Assembly (NCBI GenBank): GCA_030038835.1
Contig: JASHQZ010000167.1
Span: 1-56,755 of the forward strand
Length of the DNA: 56,755 nucleotides
Direction: 5' to 3'
From: a candidate division FCPU426 bacterium
Lineage (GTDB): Bacteria; Oederibacteriota; Muellerivitia; Muellerivitales; Muellerivitaceae
This document shows positions 9,505-18,015 of the stretch, piece after piece. Within the stretch, counting starts at the first letter, position 1. Every line of letters begins with the position of its first letter. Made by a program: the position numbers and the translations under genes. The notes beneath the pieces were generated by a model. The model was not told the origin of the DNA. It saw nothing but the letters and a program-made list of their open reading frames with translations, and did no database searches.

Positions 9505-9697
9505 GGGTTTAAAGACGAAACACAGCGTGCGAAAAAGGTTCAAGGTAACCGGTACGGGGAAGCTGATGGTGAAGAAAATATCCGGGCGAAGCCATTTGTT
9601 GGCCCACAAGTCGCCCAAGCGCAAGCGGCAATTGAAACGGCAGCCCATCCTGGGCCCCGTTGCCGCAGCCCGAATGAAAAAACTGATGACGATCTAA
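9497..9697 (+). CDS. rpmI: 50S ribosomal protein L35
   Basis: [22 protein letters not shown]..., 66 aa, overlaps the infC end by 8 nt. Confidence 0.95.
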   Translation: MAKGLKTKHSVRKRFKVTGTGKLMVKKISGRSHLLAHKSPKRKRQLKRQPILGPVAAARMKKLMTI

Positions 9698-9710
9698 GGG
9701 GGATAAGGAA

Positions 9711-10070
9711 ATGGCAAGAATCAAGCGCGCCGTAGCGAAAAGGAAACGCAAGAAGAAGTTTTTCAAACTCACCAAGGGATACTTCGGGGCCAAGAGCCGC
9801 CAGTACCGCACGGTGCGGGAAGCCTCCAAAAGATCAGGAAACTACGCTTTTCGTGACCGAAAGGCCCGTAAACGGGAGTTCCGCCGCCTGTGGATCACCC
9901 GCATCAATGCCGCTACCCGCGAGCACGGCCTGTCCTACAGCCAGTTCATGGAGGGGCTGAAAAAGGCCTCGGTGGAACTGGACCGGAAGGTCCTGGCTGA
10001 TTTGGCCCTGACGGATCCCAAGGCCTTCGGGCAATTAGTGGAAGAGGCGAAGAAGGCCAAGGCGTCCTAA
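9711..10070 (+). CDS. rplT: 50S ribosomal protein L20
   Basis: [26 protein letters not shown]..., 119 aa. Confidence 0.95.
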   Translation: MARIKRAVAKRKRKKKFFKLTKGYFGAKSRQYRTVREASKRSGNYAFRDRKARKREFRRLWITRINAATREHGLSYSQFMEGLKKASVELDRKVLADLALTDPKAFGQLVEEAKKAKAS

Positions 10071-10100
10071 GGGCAGGTACAAGGCGCTAGGTAAAACTAA

Positions 10101-10138
10101 ACACCCTTCACCGTTAACGCGGTGAGGGGTGTTTTTTT
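10101..10138 (+). terminator. Intrinsic terminator after rplT
   Basis: A 13-bp stem, ACACCCTTCACCG/CGGTGAGGGGTGT (one G-U pair), with a 6-nt loop, followed by TTTTTT. Confidence 0.8.
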
Positions 10139-10155
10139 CTGGGACAGGGGATTGC

Positions 10156-10959
10156 ATGAGCACATTAAATTCTATCCAAAGTGTGCAAAATGGAATGGTC
10201 AAGCACGCCTATTCCCTCAAAATTCCAAAAAAATCCAGGGATTTGGAGGATTTTCTCTGCGAGGGATTTCACCTCGTAAGGGAAGCCTTGAAAAGCGGCC
10301 TGAAATGTCGGTTCATCTTCGCCACGAAAGGCGCTTGGGATAATCCAGAAGGTCAGGAAATCCAGGCTGCCGCCCAGAGGGAAAAGGTCCGTTGTTTTGA
10401 AGTGATTCCCAAGATCATTTCCTATATTTCGGATACTGTTACCCCCCAGGGCATTCTGGCGGTAGTCGGGAAGATGCCCGCCCAATGGCCGAGTGAGCCT
10501 CTCAGCAGGGTTGTGGCGGTTTACCAGGTGCAGGACGCCGGCAATATGGGCACCCTCTTCCGCTCCGCCGAGGCGTTTGGAGTTCAGGGCATTCTTTTGA
10601 CGGAAGGTTGCTGTGATCCCTATAGCCCTAAGGTGGTGCGGGCTTCCATGGGGTCCCTGTTTCGCGTGCCTTTCGTTCAAAATGAGAAATGGGAGGCTTA
10701 CGAGGATTATCTCAAGCAGCGTCAATTCCACAGCTATGCCTTGGCGGCCCAGGCGGCTGAACCGCTTACGAAAGTAAAGTTTTCAACACCTGTGGCATTT
10801 TGGGTGGGGTCCGAAGGGGCCGGGTTGCCGGATGAACTAGTGAGGGCCTGTGACGCGGCGGTGAGTATCCCCATGGCCGGTCAAGTCGAATCCCTCAATG
10901 TCGGAGTTGCGGCTAGTTTAGCCTTATTTTGGGCCCATTTTCAGGCCCCACTTTCTTGA
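10156..10959 (+). CDS. TrmH/SpoU-family RNA 2'-O-methyltransferase
   Basis: Motifs VQDAGNMGTLFRSAEAFG, GSEGAGL and IPMAGQVESLNVGVAASLALF. ATG 10156 was chosen because the ORF-track start at 10129 lies inside the rplT terminator. Confidence 0.85.
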   Translation: MSTLNSIQSVQNGMVKHAYSLKIPKKSRDLEDFLCEGFHLVREALKSGLKCRFIFATKGAWDNPEGQEIQAAAQREKVRCFEVIPKIISYISDTVTPQGILAVVGKMPAQWPSEPLSRVVAVYQVQDAGNMGTLFRSAEAFGVQGILLTEGCCDPYSPKVVRASMGSLFRVPFVQNEKWEAYEDYLKQRQFHSYALAAQAAEPLTKVKFSTPVAFWVGSEGAGLPDELVRACDAAVSIPMAGQVESLNVGVAASLALFWAHFQAPLS

Positions 10960-11015
10960 CGGTGGGATGGCGCGGTGATAGACTTCGGAAATCAAGCTAT
11001 TTCGAAGAAACGAAC

Positions 11016-11183
11016 ATGAACACCAACAAAACCGAATTCGAAGTGACGGTCGAAAAAAGCGTCGAAACCCTGTGGGAAGACTTTGAGAAGACGGGTTCGG
11101 TCAAAACCTACCTTCTCTTCCTTCAAAAAGCCCAAAATCAGGAAGAAACCGAACCGCTCAATCCTTTCTTATCCCTCTCCTAA
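11016..11183 (+). CDS. Hypothetical small acidic protein (55 aa)
   Basis: ATG-initiated ORF in a lower-GC spacer. No recognisable motif. Coding status is uncertain. Confidence 0.3.
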   Translation: MNTNKTEFEVTVEKSVETLWEDFEKTGSVKTYLLFLQKAQNQEETEPLNPFLSLS

Positions 11184-11267
11184 CCGCACATTTTCTAGTG
11201 AAATTTACCCTTAAAATCTAAATAATATGCCCTTCGTTGCGCCACTATTTCGATATTGGGGCTAAGA

Positions 11268-12314
11268 ATGTATAACGACGAGACCATTGAAAATACTGAA
11301 GTCGTGATCCAACTACGAACTTTCGCCGAAGAAGCTAAGAAGAAGCTTGCGGAAGCTAAAGATATTAAATCCCTGGAAGAAATCCGGGTTCAATTTTTGG
11401 GTAAAAATGGGGACATCACAAATATTCTTAAACAATTAGGAAGCATAGAAGCTGATATTCGACCAAAAATTGGGAAAATTACAAATGATATAAGAAATGC
11501 TCTTTCTTCTACAATTGATCAGAAGAAAGAAGAGTTAGAAAGTAAAGATGAATCCAACCTTCCCCTGGGGTGGGATCCCACCCTCCCAGGGCGCCAACAG
11601 CTTGTGGGGAAAATGCATCCCCTCACCCGAGTGCAACAGGAAATTTGCGACATTTTCAAGAGCTTCGGGTTTGACCAGGTAGAGGGCCCCGATGTGGAGA
11701 CGGACTACTACAACTTTAAAGGGCTGAACTTCCCGGAGGACCATCCGGCCCGCGACGCCCACGATACCTTTTACCTGGACGGGGGATTGTTGTTGAGGAC
11801 CCACACAACTACCCTGCAGGTGCACGTGTTGGAAAAACACCGCCCGCCCTTGAAGGTCGTGGCGCCGGGCAAGGTTTACCGCAACGAGGCCGTGGATGCC
11901 ACTCACCACCATATTTTCCACCAAGTGGACGGCTTCCTGGTGGCCGAAGGGGTCCATTTCGGGAATTTGAAGGGGATTCTTGACAACTGGGTCAAGAAAT
12001 TCTTCGGCTCCAAGGTGGAAACCCGGTTCCGCCCCAGCTTTTTCCCCTTCACCGAGCCCAGCGCCGAGGTGGATATTTCCTGCGTGTTTTGCCAGGGCAA
12101 GGGCTGCCGTATCTGCAAGCAGTCGGGTTGGGTGGAAATCATGGGATGCGGCATGATCCATCCGGCCGTCCTGGAAAACTGCAAGGTCGACCCTGAAAAA
12201 TGGTCTGGATTCGCCTTTGGCATGGGCGTGGAACGGGTGGCCATGTTCAAGTATGATATCGATGACATCCGCTTGTTTTACCAGAACGACCTGAGGTTCT
12301 TGAAACAGATTTGA
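11268..12314 (+). CDS. pheS: Phenylalanine--tRNA ligase alpha subunit
   Basis: N-terminal coiled coil, then class II core motifs (HPARDxxDTFY, FRxE, GxGxGxER as GFAFGMGVERV). Confidence 0.93.
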   Translation: MYNDETIENTEVVIQLRTFAEEAKKKLAEAKDIKSLEEIRVQFLGKNGDITNILKQLGSIEADIRPKIGKITNDIRNALSSTIDQKKEELESKDESNLPLGWDPTLPGRQQLVGKMHPLTRVQQEICDIFKSFGFDQVEGPDVETDYYNFKGLNFPEDHPARDAHDTFYLDGGLLLRTHTTTLQVHVLEKHRPPLKVVAPGKVYRNEAVDATHHHIFHQVDGFLVAEGVHFGNLKGILDNWVKKFFGSKVETRFRPSFFPFTEPSAEVDISCVFCQGKGCRICKQSGWVEIMGCGMIHPAVLENCKVDPEKWSGFAFGMGVERVAMFKYDIDDIRLFYQNDLRFLKQI

Positions 12315-12331
12315 GTTTAAGGAGGCTTTCC

Positions 12332-12781
12332 GTGCCTGAGATGGAACAGCAAACCCTTTTCCAAAAAAGCGCGGTTAAGACCGCCGCAGTCATCGTGACG
12401 ACCCTTTTGGCGGCCTATGGAATGGCGAACCTGGAAGTCATCCGCCGGGCTTACAACGCCTACGAGAGGGGCGAGGCCCACTTTAATGAGAAAATGTACA
12501 AGCAGGCCATGTGGGACTACCAGGAAGTCCAGGAGTTTTATTTCCTGCCTCACACCCACTGGGTGGACCTTGCCGCGGAGAAGGAATTCATCTGCCGGGC
12601 TTATTTGGGTGACTGGGTTCCGCCCGAGGGGCCCCTGGACGCGGACGTGCGCCAGACCCGCGCGGCTGAATACGAGAAGTACAAGGCGGAAATCGCCCAG
12701 ATCACGCCAGTGGGGGACTCGACCTACCAGCCCGCTCCCTTGACGACCTACGAGAAAGACCAACTTAAAAAGGCAAAATAA
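12332..12781 (+). CDS. Hypothetical membrane-anchored protein
   Basis: GTG 12332 is 6 nt after AAGGAGG (the ORF track starts at 12311). One TM segment (AAVIVTTLLAAYGMA). It occupies the position where pheT normally follows pheS. Confidence 0.5.
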   Translation: MPEMEQQTLFQKSAVKTAAVIVTTLLAAYGMANLEVIRRAYNAYERGEAHFNEKMYKQAMWDYQEVQEFYFLPHTHWVDLAAEKEFICRAYLGDWVPPEGPLDADVRQTRAAEYEKYKAEIAQITPVGDSTYQPAPLTTYEKDQLKKAK

Positions 12782-12836
12782 GAATTGAATTGCCGTGATT
12801 TTTATCTGGCATTGCCAAACAAAAACCCGCTGCAAC

Positions 12837-14900
12837 TCATAATTTTAATTTTTCAGCATGTCCCGGCCACTGGTAACCCACTGCGTTTAAATCCCTGATG
12901 AAAGACGGCGCAAAGGGCCGCCGCACCAGCCCCTTTCCCTCCTCGTAAGCGAAGACATCCTGCGTAATGACGACGTCTCCCTCCATTCCCTGGATCTCGG
13001 AAATCTGAGTCACAGACCTTTTGCCGTCAGGGAGTCGACTTTGCTGGACCACCAAGTGGATCGCACGGGCGATTTGCTCCCGAATGGCCCTCAAGGGGAG
13101 ATCGAGGCCCGTAAAAAGGCACATGGTTTCCAGCCGGGAAAGGGCGTCCCGGGGGGAATTGGCGTGGGTGGTGGTAAGGGAACCGTCATGGCCCGTGTTC
13201 ATGGCTTGGAGCATGTCCAGGGCCTCGCCGCCACGGCATTCGCCCACTACGATCCGGTCAGGCCTCATGCGCAGGGCGTTGATGACCAGGTCACGAATGG
13301 CGACCTGGCCCTTGCCTTCCAAGTTGGCGGGGCGGCTTTCCAGCCGCACTACGTGGTCTTGGGATAATTGCAGTTCGGCCGAATCCTCAATCGTCACGAC
13401 ACGCTCGTGGGAAGGGATAAAATTGGAAAGGACGTTCAAAAGAGTGGTTTTCCCGGAGCCGGTTCCGCCGGAAACGACGATGTTTTTTTTCGACCGCACG
13501 CAGGCACCCAGGAATTCGGACGCTTCCTGCGTGAGAGAGCCGAACTGAACCAGGTCCTCCACCGTCAATTTCCGCTTGGAAAATTTCCGGATGGTCAGGA
13601 CTGGTCCGTTCAAGCTCAAGGGGGGGATGATGGCGTTCACGCGGGAACCGTCGGGGAGCCTCCCGTCCACGTAAGGCTGGCTTTCGTCAATTCGCCGGCC
13701 AATGGGGGCCAGGATCCTTTCGATCACCGTACGCAACTGGAGGTCATCCAAGAACCGCACCTCCGTTTTTTCCAATCTTCCCCGTTTTTCCACGTAGATT
13801 TGGTGGGGGCCGTTCACCATGATCTCGGAGATATGGTCGTTCTGGAGGAGGGGTTCCAAGGGACCCAAGCCGAAGGCCAAATTAAGGGTTTCATTCACCA
13901 ATTTCAGGCGGATTTCTCGGTTTTGAATTTCCATTCCTTGGATCAGTTGATCCAGTATCTCGCGTGCGGCGGGTTCCAAGGCCTGGCGTTGTGGGATTTC
14001 GGGATTTTTTTGCTCCTTCAGGGCCCCGTTGTTCCTGAGCTGTTCGAGGAGTTTCTGGTGAAGCTGGTGAACTTGATCCAACGAGACAGGAGAAGGGGAT
14101 ACCGTGCCGAGAGAGGCCTTTTCCGTAGGAACCGACGCGACATCGACAGCGAGGGAGAGGCCGCCGGTGGCGGAGGCTGTTTTTTCCAAGAGGGAGATAA
14201 GGACCTTCTCCAAGGTCGGCGGGAGGGTCCTGGCCTGAAGAAGGTCCAGGGACAGGCTTTCCCCCAAAAAGGGCACCGTGCAGGCGTGATGAAAATGCCT
14301 TACCCAAGACGAGGCGTCCTTGGGCAGTGGTCGGGAAGGTTCCTGTTGGTTGAAAATAATGCCAAAATTCTGAAGTTGGAAATGAAAGGGTAATAGGCGC
14401 CTCTCCCATTGCTGCAAGGCGGCCAAGGAACTGGGATCGGCGGAACAAACAAAATAAGCCTGATGGGCTCGCTCCAGGAACGGGAAAACCCCATCGTGGG
14501 GGAAACCCGAAAGATCCAGGATGATTTGACCGAACCACTGGCTTAATTTTTGAATCAATGGAAAGGAACCATCGAAGGACACCGCGGTTTCGTCGTTCCC
14601 CCGCAGTGGAACGTAAGCGGCTCCTTCGGGAGATGAGGCGAAGAAGGTTTGGGCCATCTGGGGGGTTAAGCGGTCCTGATAGGGTTGGAGTTGTCCCAGG
14701 TGGCGGCTGGGGGAGGTGACTCCCAGGTAGGATGGGAGCAGGGAATAGGGGAAGGGGATGCCGTCCACCAAGGCCGTTTTTTGGGGGCCTTGTTTGGCGG
14801 CGGCCCGGGCCAGGAGAGAGCCAAGGACAGAACATCCTACCCCGCCCTTAACACCGAAAAGGGCTGTGATTTTTCCACGCGTTCCTAAGGCAGGTCCCAT
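12837..14900 (-). CDS. Tad pilus ATPase: N-terminal TadZ/CpaE-like (MinD/ParA-type) domain fused to a CpaF/TadA secretion ATPase
   Basis: The N-terminus has KITALFGVKGGVGCSVLGS, a deviant Walker A of the CpaE/ParA type. The C-terminal ~400 aa carry CpaF hallmarks (SEIMVNGP, GGTGSGKTTLLN Walker A, RPDRIVVGECRG, Asp/His boxes). ATG 14900 is preferred over TTG 14915. Confidence 0.85.
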   Translation of the reverse strand: MGPALGTRGKITALFGVKGGVGCSVLGSLLARAAAKQGPQKTALVDGIPFPYSLLPSYLGVTSPSRHLGQLQPYQDRLTPQMAQTFFASSPEGAAYVPLRGNDETAVSFDGSFPLIQKLSQWFGQIILDLSGFPHDGVFPFLERAHQAYFVCSADPSSLAALQQWERRLLPFHFQLQNFGIIFNQQEPSRPLPKDASSWVRHFHHACTVPFLGESLSLDLLQARTLPPTLEKVLISLLEKTASATGGLSLAVDVASVPTEKASLGTVSPSPVSLDQVHQLHQKLLEQLRNNGALKEQKNPEIPQRQALEPAAREILDQLIQGMEIQNREIRLKLVNETLNLAFGLGPLEPLLQNDHISEIMVNGPHQIYVEKRGRLEKTEVRFLDDLQLRTVIERILAPIGRRIDESQPYVDGRLPDGSRVNAIIPPLSLNGPVLTIRKFSKRKLTVEDLVQFGSLTQEASEFLGACVRSKKNIVVSGGTGSGKTTLLNVLSNFIPSHERVVTIEDSAELQLSQDHVVRLESRPANLEGKGQVAIRDLVINALRMRPDRIVVGECRGGEALDMLQAMNTGHDGSLTTTHANSPRDALSRLETMCLFTGLDLPLRAIREQIARAIHLVVQQSRLPDGKRSVTQISEIQGMEGDVVITQDVFAYEEGKGLVRRPFAPSFIRDLNAVGYQWPGHAEKLKL

Positions 14901-15277
14901 ACGGTCACTTCCCAATAGCCTTCGCCGGAGGGGGTTTCATGGTAAACGGCCGTCCGAACAATACCCTTGTCGTCCTGAAAAACGAACTCATAAAGGGTTT
15001 CCCGGTTATTGTCCGATAGCGGGAAAATTTCTTCCCGGCGGTACTGGATGACCTTTCCCCAGGAGGCGGAAGGCATGGGCTTATGGATGATTAGGGCCTG
15101 GTCCGCCTGTGGCGACCGGTTGGATTTGGTCTCAGACGTAGGGGTCGGCTGGGGCGTTGAGGCGGCCTCCGGGACGGGGCTGGCTTCGTCCGAGATGGAG
15201 GCGGAATTGTCGGCCAGGACTCCTTCCAGTGGAAAGGAGAAAGCTAAAACCAGCGCAAGAAACGACAGCGATTTCAT
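14885..15277 (-). CDS. Hypothetical secreted protein in the Tad locus
   Basis: Signal peptide MKSLSFLALVLAFSF, then a P/T/S-rich linker, 130 aa. The call rests on operon position only. Confidence 0.5.
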   Translation of the reverse strand: MKSLSFLALVLAFSFPLEGVLADNSASISDEASPVPEAASTPQPTPTSETKSNRSPQADQALIIHKPMPSASWGKVIQYRREEIFPLSDNNRETLYEFVFQDDKGIVRTAVYHETPSGEGYWEVTVWDLP

Positions 15278-15282
15278 GACGA

Positions 15283-16389
15283 TTACAGGTTTAAATCGGT
15301 GGGGGATGATTCGATGACGTTGGTGTAGGTGTCGCTAAAAGGGTTGTAGCCAGCCACTTGGAAAAGCTTGGATAGGGTAAGAACGGCCGTTGGGTCAATT
15401 TGGGCGGCAGGCCCACCGGGAACTGGGGAGGCAGTCAGCGCTCCGTTGTTCGCCGGAACCGGGACCTGTTCGGACTCTTCGGGCTCTTTGGTCCTGGCCA
15501 CAAAACGGGGTTTGAGGTTACGAACGTCGTCGTACATGACCAAAAATTGGTAGAGCTTTTCGGTTTGCCAGTCGAAGAACATCCGGTCGCAAATGACCTT
15601 GGAAAAATCCTTTCTCTCATTGGTGGAAAAGATAGAGAAAAAGTCAGCGGGATGGCCCCACGGGTTGGGTGGCGCCTTCTCATCCACCCAGATCATGGTG
15701 ATGGGGGCGTTGAGCATGTAATTGAGCTTCCGCCCCGCCGCCGCGGTTTGTTCGGAATTCGGTTCAATGATCCTCAAAACACGGAAAAGGCCAAAGCCCA
15801 ACTTGAAATTGATTCGCTTGATCTTGAAACCGGGGGGAATGCTCTCCTTCCAAATCGGGTTTCCATTTTCATCCAGTCGCTCCTTGAAGCGGTAGTAATC
15901 CCAATGAGTCTGGAGATTGGCCACATCGTTGATCAGGAAAGAACAAAAACGGGAAACGTAACCGCCCTTGATAAGGGGGCAATCAGGCCACCGCTTGGCC
16001 AGGATGGTTAGGCCTTTGACGCAGGCCGTGAAATCCTCGGTATGGAAGGAACATTGGGAGTAAAGGTAAAGCGCATCGGAATTCAGGTCCTCGTCCGTGG
16101 CGGCGAGGACGATTTTTTTAAAAATGTCCTTTGCCTTGTCAAATTGCTGGCCCGCGTAAAGATTCTTGGCGTAGTCATAAGCCGCCACTAATTTTTCACG
16201 GGGAATGCCGTGGTTTCGTTCCACCGTCGGGGCGGCCGGGGCGGGCCGGGACTCGGCGGAAGCCGCCGGTTGGATGACATGTTTCTTCTTCAAGTGTTTT
16301 GTTTTGGAGGAGGTGGTGGCATCTACGGCGGCGGGGAGAAAGGAGGAAAGCAACAGAGAAAAAGAGAAAGTTAAACAAAGTTTCTTCAT
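15283..16389 (-). CDS. Hypothetical secreted TPR-like protein (positional TadD analogue)
   Basis: Signal peptide MKKLCLTFSFSLLLSSFLPAAVDA from ATG 16389 (the ORF track starts at 16425). A TPR/BamD-like helical stretch reads AKNLYAGQQFDKAKDIFKKI.... Confidence 0.55.
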   Translation of the reverse strand: MKKLCLTFSFSLLLSSFLPAAVDATTSSKTKHLKKKHVIQPAASAESRPAPAAPTVERNHGIPREKLVAAYDYAKNLYAGQQFDKAKDIFKKIVLAATDEDLNSDALYLYSQCSFHTEDFTACVKGLTILAKRWPDCPLIKGGYVSRFCSFLINDVANLQTHWDYYRFKERLDENGNPIWKESIPPGFKIKRINFKLGFGLFRVLRIIEPNSEQTAAAGRKLNYMLNAPITMIWVDEKAPPNPWGHPADFFSIFSTNERKDFSKVICDRMFFDWQTEKLYQFLVMYDDVRNLKPRFVARTKEPEESEQVPVPANNGALTASPVPGGPAAQIDPTAVLTLSKLFQVAGYNPFSDTYTNVIESSPTDLNL

Positions 16390-16487
16390 ATAGGATATAT
16401 TAAACAACCCCTTTAGACGGGTCAATTTATTTCACCTTGAGGCTCCCCCGGTTCTGCCTTCCTCCCGGGGTTAAAGGATGAAATTCC

Positions 16488-16958
16488 ATGGTAAAAAACC
16501 GACGGTTCCTTTGTCTCCTTTGCCTTACGCTGGCTTTGATCCTCCAAGGCTTTTCCTGCGAATCAAAACCCAAGAGCGACCTGCCGGTGGTTCCACTGAA
16601 AGTGGACGGGCACGCTATTTGGGTGGAGGTTGCCAACAAGGAAGCCACCCGCAGTTCGGGACTGATGTTTCGACGTGAGATGGATTGGGACGCTGGGATG
16701 CTGTTCATCTTTTCCGACTCGGCCCAGCGGTACTTCTGGATGAAAAACACGCTGATCCCCTTAAGCATCGCCTTCATGGACGACCAGGGGAAGATTTTGA
16801 ACATCCTGGAGATGCCACCCCAAACCGAGCAAACTTTCCCCTCGGAAGGGCCCGCCCGTTTCGCGCTGGAAATGAACGCGGGATGGTTCACGAAAGGGGG
16901 GATCAAACCGGGAGATGTGGTGCAAGGGGTCCTGGAAGCTCCTAAGGCCCAGGACTGA
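16488..16958 (+). CDS. DUF192-domain protein with a signal peptide
   Basis: SSGLMFR...GMLFIF...FWMKNTLIPLSIAFMD...ALEMNAGWF matches the DUF192/COG1430 pattern. Confidence 0.8.
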   Translation: MVKNRRFLCLLCLTLALILQGFSCESKPKSDLPVVPLKVDGHAIWVEVANKEATRSSGLMFRREMDWDAGMLFIFSDSAQRYFWMKNTLIPLSIAFMDDQGKILNILEMPPQTEQTFPSEGPARFALEMNAGWFTKGGIKPGDVVQGVLEAPKAQD

Positions 16959-16979
16959 GAAGATCTGTGGGGGGGCTCC

Positions 16980-18011
16980 TCACGTTTCATCCTGGGGCTG
17001 CCCCACCAAGGACGGTGTTACGAAAATGACCACTTCGGTCTGGCTTTTTTGGTCGTTTGTGAACCTGAAAAGCTCCCCGATGACGGGAATATCGCTCAAA
17101 ATCGGTATGCCGGACGTTTGCTTTTGGTCGTTCTCGTTGATGAGCCCGGCGATGACCAGGGTGCTCCCGCTCCTCATGTAAACCGACGTTTCAGCCCAAC
17201 GGGTGCTCAAAGCGGGAATGACGATTCCGTTGCCCGTGGATATACCGTTGGCGGTGTCAATGCCGCTCACTTCGACCCTTAGGTCGGCGGAAATGTTGTT
17301 CTCCCCGTCGATATTGGGCTTGATCTTGAGCTTGACGCCATAGGGCTTCCATTCGACATTGGAGGATCCCAGGCTGTTTTGCGTAATAAAGGGAATTTCA
17401 CCGCCGGACAGAAAGCTGGCCTCCGATCCGCTAACCGCTAAGAGCTTTGGTTTGGAGAGGATTTTGGCCTTCCCACGGTCGATCAGGAGCTGAAGGCTGG
17501 CCGTCAAACTTTGCCGGACGAAGGAACCAAAAGCCACCAGAGGTGGGGGATAATTCTCACCAATCGTAAGGTTGTTCTGGGTGACGGTACCGTTGACTAA
17601 GGAAACACCGTTTGCGGTGGTTGTTTCAGAGGTGGGTTGCACGGACCCCCAACTCAACCCGGCCTTCAGAGCGCTTTGGGTGTCGATTTCCATTACCTCC
17701 ACGTCCACTTCCACCATGGCTTTTTTCAAATTGTGCGAGGAAACGGTTACCAGCCGCGTTTCTTTTTCTCCATCCGGGGAAATGAAAATGAGGTTGGTGT
17801 TGCCCGGGGATTTGGCGGAGAGGAGGATTTCCTGATCACTGACCACAGTGACGTCGGCGATTTCCGGGTTGCCGATAGCGACCTTTTTAGCGGATTCTAC
17901 ATGGATTAATTTCGATTCTCCAACAGTTAAATCGATGGGTCCCGAACCGGGCCATACCGGAAGGGGTGATAAGATGAAGAATACCAAACACCACGCTAGG
18001 ACTTTTTTCAC
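16980..18011 (-). CDS. cpaC: Tad secretin (CpaC/RcpA family)
   Basis: Secretin C-domain (GGEIPFITQ..., VKLKIKP, TSGIPILSDIPVIGELF, VIFVTPSLV). GTG 18011 is 9 nt after GGGAG and just past the cpaB stop, and gives signal peptide (M)KKVLAWCLVFFILS. The ORF track extends to 18137. Confidence 0.85.
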   Translation of the reverse strand: MKKVLAWCLVFFILSPLPVWPGSGPIDLTVGESKLIHVESAKKVAIGNPEIADVTVVSDQEILLSAKSPGNTNLIFISPDGEKETRLVTVSSHNLKKAMVEVDVEVMEIDTQSALKAGLSWGSVQPTSETTTANGVSLVNGTVTQNNLTIGENYPPPLVAFGSFVRQSLTASLQLLIDRGKAKILSKPKLLAVSGSEASFLSGGEIPFITQNSLGSSNVEWKPYGVKLKIKPNIDGENNISADLRVEVSGIDTANGISTGNGIVIPALSTRWAETSVYMRSGSTLVIAGLINENDQKQTSGIPILSDIPVIGELFRFTNDQKSQTEVVIFVTPSLVGQPQDET

Positions 18012-18015
18012 GGGT

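Noticed and set aside
10122-10155. Upstream starts (10122 and 10129) offered by the ORF track for the TrmH-family gene.
   Set aside because: They lie within the rplT intrinsic terminator stem and T-tract. ATG 10156 is the first start outside it.
10960-11267. Search for a T-box leader upstream of pheS (and upstream of thrS at 6730-6879), because the gene order is Firmicute-like.
   Set aside because: I found no T-box consensus (AATTAGGGTGGTACCGCG-like) and no specifier or terminator architecture.
13368-14835. A 341-aa plus-strand ORF (13368..14393) and a 314-aa alternative-frame minus ORF (13891..14835) inside the Tad ATPase gene.
   Set aside because: The CpaF/CpaE motifs unambiguously identify the 12837..14900 frame. 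The others are shadow ORFs with Gly/Arg/Pro-rich sequence.
16427-16990. A 187-aa minus-strand ORF that would make the Tad operon continuous.
   Set aside because: The plus-strand frame here gives a textbook DUF192 sequence with a signal peptide and an SD. The minus-strand product has no features.
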